A stretch of DNA of 64,000 nucleotides from Syncephalis fuscata S228 (Eukaryota > Fungi > Zoopagomycota): positions 62,001 to 126,000 of the forward strand of contig JAHLTZ010000048.1 in NCBI GenBank assembly GCA_025786725.1, written 5' to 3'. Every line of letters begins with the position of its first letter. Positions within the stretch are counted from its first letter, which is position 1. The notes under the pieces are model-generated. The model saw only the letters and a list, made by a program, of their open reading frames with translations, was not told the DNA's origin and did no database searches. Positions 56,873-64,000 of this stretch are shown here, piece after piece. Both the position numbers and the translations under genes were made by a program.

Positions 56873-58488
56873 TGTTATAAATTTTTATATAGACAAGCGT
56901 TATGATAATTATTTGATGGTATTGACAATAGCTATACGGAAATAAAGATTTGGCAGTTTTTTTGAGAAAAGTTGTTAGAATTTTAGAAATTTAGAACATA
57001 TTTCGCTTTTAAACTAGCTAAGGCCTTACTATATGGTCACAAGATAGGATAGTGGGCATGGACTTGCGCATGTATATGTTTGCGTGCATAAACCGGATTG
57101 GCTACTTGCTAGAAATTTATGCTACTTTTATCTGTTATAACCACTATTTACAAGTTATGGAGCCCACAAGTTTTCAGCACACATCCAACTATTTCAATCA
57201 ATTAGTGAGGTTTTTGCAAAGCTTTCTTTTGCTTTATAATTACACCAAAGTTTTCTATATTTGCTAAATGTACAAAATGCTAAGCTAAATTTAATAGCTA
57301 TATTTAAATTTTTACTTTCACTATTTACCAAGCCATACTATACTATGACATCAGTGCCAATCTATCTAATTTTTAACAGCCCTTTAATATTACATTCACA
57401 ACTTATGTGAAAACAATAAATTCATTAACATCAAATAAATAGTCAGTTTTATTTGTGATCTGGTCTACTTGCACATGATTGGTGCACATCTAGTATGATA
57501 TTAATAAACTGTATTGTAACAATAGCCGCTAGATAGATGGAAAGAAAGGTAGTCTATATTTTATTTAAAAGACCGGACATTAGCATGAAGATAGTAAGCT
57601 GTATTGAAGCTAATAGTAGATTAGTAAAAATGTATATGTTTATAAAATAATAATTTTAATTTAAAATAATGGTGTTAATCTTTTATATCCTAGCGTAACC
57701 AGAGTAGATATAAAAAGGCGCAAACTCTGCATTTGATTGTTATTACTACAATATACATAAAATCCATATATTGTTAAAGTACCAAAAGTATATTGATATT
57801 TTATTATATATAAGTAAATTCTGTTTTTTTAAATTTGGCACAATAAATTAATACAGTTTATACGTGTTCGATGTTGGCCTAAAAGTGCAGCGCTTTTAAC
57901 GATATAAATATAGGCATGATGTTGCAATATATTAATTTACGTTTTTGTTCGGAGCTTAAATTTATGCTTGAATTATTCTACACTATAATGTTGTTATTAA
58001 AGCTCATGCATTGTTATAAACACTTAAAATAATACAGCGGACTAATAAACAGTTTAATACCTTTTACTACAAATCAATCATTATAATATTTAATCTAACT
58101 AATAAAATAAGTCATGTATTAATAACTTTTTTGTTTTCTAATTGATATAACAACAATAATGGCAATTCGCTAAAGACGAATCAACTATTAACACTCACGT
58201 GGAACACAATTGCGGAGAAGTTAAGGTGATTTTTATTGGTTTACATGAGACAACGGTTTCGTCATCTATTCCTCAACCAGTCACCGTCATCATTATCGCT
58301 ACTTCTATAAATCCATTCTTCCATTATTATTATTATTATTGAAGTAACAACTATTCTGTTGATACCGCGTGGGTCTTATTGATTTATCGCGTTTTCTTTC
58401 CTCATCCTCACCTCTAGGTTATTTCAGTTTCATCACCGAACATTGTCATACTACTTTCAACTCCATCATCCTTACAAGAACGGCCACC

Positions 58489-59698
58489 ATGTTGGCTAAA
58501 ACGCTACTTCGTGCTACTAAGTTGCCGGCTAGACGCATTGTTGCCGCGTCGACCTATGGACAACTTCAGCGACAAAGCTGCAGTCCTGGCCTAGTCAGCT
58601 CGTTGTCATTCTCTACATCTTCTAGAAGAGCCGACTCATCGAGTAATTCTGACGACGCCACTGATGCTACGCAAAAAAGTGCAGCTTCTCGTGCAGCAGG
58701 CAAAGCATCCCAGCTCGTAAGCTCGCTACTACATGGCTCGAAGGCTGCCAAAGGGCCTGGTGATCATGAAGATGTATCTGAAACATTTTCCAAAGTATTG
58801 GCACGAGGCAAATATGTCCACGAACTGCAACGTAAGTTTAAATAGCTATTTTATTAGATAGTAGCTAATAGATAGATACCAACCATTACAACTATAGGAC
58901 ATAAAATCAAACCAGAATGCGTGGATGACTATGCAGCGCTAGTTGCGGAGCATTTCCCATATATTGCCAGCGGAGATCAGCAAGACGTAAAGCTATGTGG
59001 CTCATGGATGACACAAATCGGTGACCAAGACGAAGCGATGCATATTTGGGAATATACCGGCTATACCGGCCACGACACAGCCACACGTCGTTTGCAACAA
59101 GATCCCAAGCATGCCGCGTTTCTACGCAAGCTTAGTCCTATGCTACGCTCACGGTCAAATCAAATATGTCTGGAATTTGCCTTTTGGGCCACAATGGCAC
59201 CTAGCTTCCATGGTGGTGTCTATGAACTTCGTAGCTATCGATTAAAGCCGGGCAATCTACTCGAATGGGAGACAAACTGGTAAGTAGCCCTTGCTAAACT
59301 GTATGTCCAGATGCGTCAACATTACCTGTATAGGCGACGTGGCTTGGAATGCCGTCGACAGTTCTGTGAGCCTATTGGCGCATGGTTCTCGCAACTAGGC
59401 CAACTAAACTACGTTCATCATATGTGGCAATACCCGTAAGTAGCATTTATACACGTTAGCACAGAAATAATAACATCACAACAATATTTAGTGACTTGGA
59501 AAGCCGCAAACGCACTCGTGAACAAGCATGGAGCGTTAATGGCTGGGCCGAGACTGTATATAACACTGGTAAGTATTTGTATTTATTGTCGCTCTTGACT
59601 ATCATTAATCATTTACCCTATGCGCTATGTTAGTACGTCTTATCGACGAAATGAATGCGGTTATTCTCACGCCATTGCCATTCAGTCCGCTAAAGTAA
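58489..59698 (+). CDS. NIPSNAP-family mitochondrial protein
   Basis: Presequence MLAKTLLRATKLPARR, FSKVLARGKYVHELQ, LCGSW..IGDQD..HIWEY, VYELRSYRLKPGNLLEWE, IGAWFSQLGQLNYVHHMW and terminal LTPLPFSPLK*. Confidence 0.93.
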
Positions 59699-60002
59699 AG
59701 AGCAATTCATGGCAAAAGCAAATCGCACACTCTATACTCTCTCATCATTACAGAAATAAACTGTCAGATTTAAACTGTGAATCCTGCTTTCATTCTTTGC
59801 ACAGGCATTCGTACAAACGCGTTTGTCTCTTATTCTGCGTCACTTTTCATCTGGCGTCACCGTTCATCGTGCACGCGTGGATTCAACAACAAACATTATC
59901 GCTTTTAGTTACTATACCGTAGCGATCTACAATTGATTGCACGATCGCGATTGAATCTATAGTGCTTTCAAGGCGCGATTGCCGCCGGGTTTGTACGTAA
60001 CA

Positions 60003-63000
60003 ATGGACTATCAATTTGATGGTAAGTAGAAGAAGAATCATCAACGTTTACAGCAAGCTGGAACAAGCGATGAATATTATATTGTTCTATATATTCATAT
60101 ACTGACGTGACTAACCAGTGTATGCGTCCGAGGCTGATCTACTTCAAGATGGCACAGGCCAAACCATGCTTGACGAAGAGGACGACGATGAAATCACCCA
60201 GGAAGATTGCTGGGCCGTCATCGGCTCATTCTTCGAAGACCGTGGTTTAGTACGCCAACAGCTCGACTCGTTCGATGACTTTATTATGACAACGCTACAA
60301 GAGATTGTCGATGAAAACTCCAATACGGTATTGCAAACATCGACTATTAATCAAGGCACAGAGGAGGAAGTTACCAAACGGTATCATATTGAGTTTGGTC
60401 AAGTCTATTTGTCCAAACCGTCAAATACAGAGGCTGATGGTAGTACTGACGCTCTTTTACCGCATCAAGCACGTCTTCGTAATCTAACATACGCTTCACC
60501 GATTTATCTTAATATGCGCAAGCGTGTTATGGTAGCTGACCCGAATCATCCCCGTAATCGAGATGGACAGGGTGAGATGTTTATGGAAGAAGAACGTGGT
60601 GAAGGCTATGAAGAGCCATGGACCAAAGTGTACATTGGTCGGGTAAGTTGTTTATAATATATTTAATTAAATGTGTATTAATAATATTACTATAAAATAC
60701 AAAATATAAAATATAGATTCCAATTATGTTGCGATCTAGATTTTGCCATTTAAGCGAGTATAAAGAAAATGAATTGTATAATTTACAAGAATGTCCACAC
60801 GATCAGGTAATACGCTACATAAATAGCATTTAAGCTCATTTATATTAACCAATTAATAATATCAATAATAGGGTGGCTATTTTGTAATTAATGGCTCAGA
60901 GAAAGTACTAATTGCTCAAGAACGTATGGCCAGTAATCAAGTCTACGTGTTTTCAAAGGCCCAACCATCACCGTATAGCTATACGGCAGAAATCCGCTCA
61001 GTTCCTGAACGTGGATCACATCATTCGTCGTCACTTAACATTAAAATGATGAGTAAAAGTGCCGATAAAGGTGTAAGTAGTGTGAATAACACTAAATCAT
61101 ACTGTACTCAATCAACTATTTGTAATTAGACTACCGGTCAATATATACGCGCTACACTGCCATATATTCGCCAAGATATTCCTATTGTTGTGGCATTCCG
61201 TGCTTTGGGCCTTATTGCCGACCGTGATATTCTAGAACATATCTGTTACGATCAAAACGACGAAGCAATGCTTGAAATGCTACGTCCATGCTTGGAAGAA
61301 GCCTTTGTTATTCAGGATCGTGAAGTAGCACTGGATTACATCGGTCGACGTGGCACTACCGTTGGTGCTAATCGCGAAAAGCGTATTAAATACGCCAATG
61401 AAATTCTACATAAAGAATTACTGCCACATGTTGGTACACAGCGTCATAATGAAACACGTAAAGCATTCTTCTTTGGCTACATGGTACATCGCCTATTACT
61501 TGCGGCTCTTGAACGACGCGAACTAGATGATCGTGATCATTATGGTAAGAAACGACTTGATCTGGCCGGTCCACTTATTGCCGGTCTATTCCGTATGTTA
61601 TTCCGCAAACTTACCAAAGATGTGGGCAAATACTTGCAACGAGTCATCGACGAGAATCGTGACTTTAACTTGACACTGGCTGTTAAATCGACCACACTAA
61701 CCAATGGCTTGAAATACTCATTGGCCACCGGTAATTGGGGCGACCAAAAGAAAGCAATGCAGGTAAATAGTTAAAACTAGACTGCCTATAGACTATTTGG
61801 TTACTAATAATGACAATAATAACAATAACAACAACAACAATAATAATAATAGGCCCGTGCAGGTGTCTCTCAAGTATTGAATCGATATACATTTGCCTCA
61901 ACACTATCTCATTTACGTCGATGCAATACACCTATTGGACGTGATGGCAAGATTGCCAAGCCACGTCAGCTTCATAATACCCATTGGGGCATGGTCTGTC
62001 CAGCAGAAACACCTGAAGGCCAAGCATGTGGTCTAGTAAAGAATCTGGCTCTAATGACACATATATCTGTGGGCGCACCATCACGCCCAGTCATTGAATT
62101 CCTTGAAGAATGGGCACTTGTCAATCTAGATGAAATGTATGAGACCAAGTCGTCAGATGCCACTAAGGTATTCGTTAATGGTGTCTGGGTGGGTGTACAC
62201 AACGATCCATCTCAACTGGTCAGTGTATTCCGTAATTTCCGTCGACATGAAACGGCAGCCACTCGTGTATTCCAAGAAGTATCTTGTGTACGCGACATTC
62301 GTGAACGTGAGTTATGGATGTTCAGCGATGCAGGTCGCTGTTGCCGCCCATTGTTCGTCGTAGAACAGAATCGACTTAAAATTACTAAACAACAAGTACG
62401 CGATCTTGAAATACGAGACGATGAAGGCAAACGTACACAGGGGTGGAATCGACTTATATCGGAAGGTGTTATTGAATTTATCGATACAGAAGAAGAGGAA
62501 ACTACGATGATTTGTATGTCGCCAGAAGATTTGGCTGAGGCACGTGAATACTACGAGACAGGTGTGCCACGTCCACCATCGCGTGATCCAGCTGCTCGTA
62601 TTCGCACTACTATTTACTCACATACATGGACCCATTGTGAGATTCATCCATCGATGATTCTAGGTATTTGTGCATCCATTATTCCCTTCCCTGATCACAA
62701 TCAGTCACCGCGTAATACTTACCAGTCGGCTATGGGTAAACAAGCCATGGGTGTCTATTTGACAAATTATCAACTACGTATGGATACACTGGCCAATATT
62801 ATCTATTATCCTCAAAAGCCACTTGTAACGACACGTGCTATGGAATATCTTAAATTCCGTGACTTGCCTGCCGGCCAGAATGCTACTGTAGCCATTCTTT
62901 GTTACAGCGGTTATAATCAAGAAGACTCGGTTATTATGAACCAGAGTAGTATTGATCGTGGTTTATTCCGTAGTTTGTTTTATCGTAGCTATATGGATCA

Positions 63001-64000
63001 AGAGAAGAAGATGGTAAGTAGTGGCTATTGATGAATAATCAGTCATTAATACATATATATATATATATAATGATACTATAGGGCGTAACGGCTATGGAAG
63101 AGTTTGAAAAGCCTCATCGCGACAATACATTGCGTATGAAGCATGGCACTTATGATAAATTAGAAGAGGACGGCCTTATTGCACCGGGTGTACGTGTATC
63201 TGGCGAGGATATTATTATTGGTAAAACAGCACCACTTCCTGATGAAAGTGCTGAGTTGGGACAGCGTACAAAGCAGCATTCACGTCGAGACATTAGTACG
63301 CCATTGCGTAGTACTGAAACGGGTATTGTTGATCAAGTGATGATTACAACGAACCAAGAAGGTGTTAAATTTGTTAAAGTGCGTGTTCGTAGTACGCGTA
63401 TTCCTCAAATGGGCGGTAAGTAATAGCAATACCGTTGTTAGTAACTATAACCAATTAGTATGGCGTATTAGATAAATTTGCTAGTCGACATGGACAAAAA
63501 GGTACTATTGGTATTACGTATCGACAAGAAGATATGCCATTTACTGCTGATGGCATTGTACCTGATTTGATTATTAATCCACATGCTATTCCAAGTCGAA
63601 TGACTATCGGGCATATGGTCGAGTGCTTATTGAGCAAGGTAATTAATAGCTAAGCTACCATTGACTATGTTAACTAATATTTATGCTTCTAGGTTGGTAC
63701 ATTGACGGGCAGTGAAGGTGATGCTACACCTTTCACCGATGTTACAGTCGATGCCATTTCAAAGGCACTGGCTGCTCATGGCTACCATCAGCGTGGCTAT
63801 GAAGTGATGTATAATGGCCATACGGGTCGTAAACTAACCGCTCAAGTATTCCTGGGTCCAACATATTATCAACGATTAAAGCATATGGTCGACGATAAGA
63901 TCCATAGGTAAATAGACTAATGGGCTAATGGGCCAGTAGTCCTGTCACTAATGTATATAACTAATCATATAATAAATAGTCGTGCCCGTGGTCCAGTACA
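60003..64000 (+). CDS. RPB2: RNA polymerase II second-largest subunit, 3' end outside window
   Basis: [93 protein letters not shown] and [14 protein letters not shown]. Confidence 0.98.

Overview
Gene-dense, AT-rich eukaryotic DNA with many short (~50-70 nt) spliceosomal introns (GTAAGT donors, CTAAT/CTAAC branch sites, YAG acceptors). The gene content and style point to an early-diverging fungus; Zoopagomycota (Syncephalis-like) is my inference and is not proven. About 19 protein-coding loci, in order: ABCC/Ycf1-type transporter (5'-truncated), intronless BAHD/TRI101-like acyltransferase, METTL5, a head-to-head pair of secreted Cys-domain/His-repeat proteins, HAP2/NF-YA, RRP5, an orphan gene, a bacterial-DusA-type dihydrouridine synthase, a class 3 lipase, an OPT/YSL transporter, a PAS+GATA transcription factor, BTN1/CLN3, casein kinase 1, a second orphan, a Cys-rich membrane protein, a cAMP-receptor-like GPCR, NIPSNAP and RPB2 (3'-truncated). 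The most novel-looking system is the divergent pair at 9.9-12.8 kb. Both proteins are predicted to be secreted with no transmembrane anchor, and both carry an 8-Cys module with Opy2-like spacing followed by His/Gly/Asp tandem repeats. They share an intergenic region with four STRE-like CCCCT motifs. Other notable signals are a ~1 kb foldback element, a ~150 bp dispersed repeat present twice, a required 4-nt micro-exon, five GC-AG introns, a possible alternative first exon of the OPT gene, and seven single-base deletions at short homopolymers that are probably assembly errors. I recognised no tRNA, rRNA or CRISPR.
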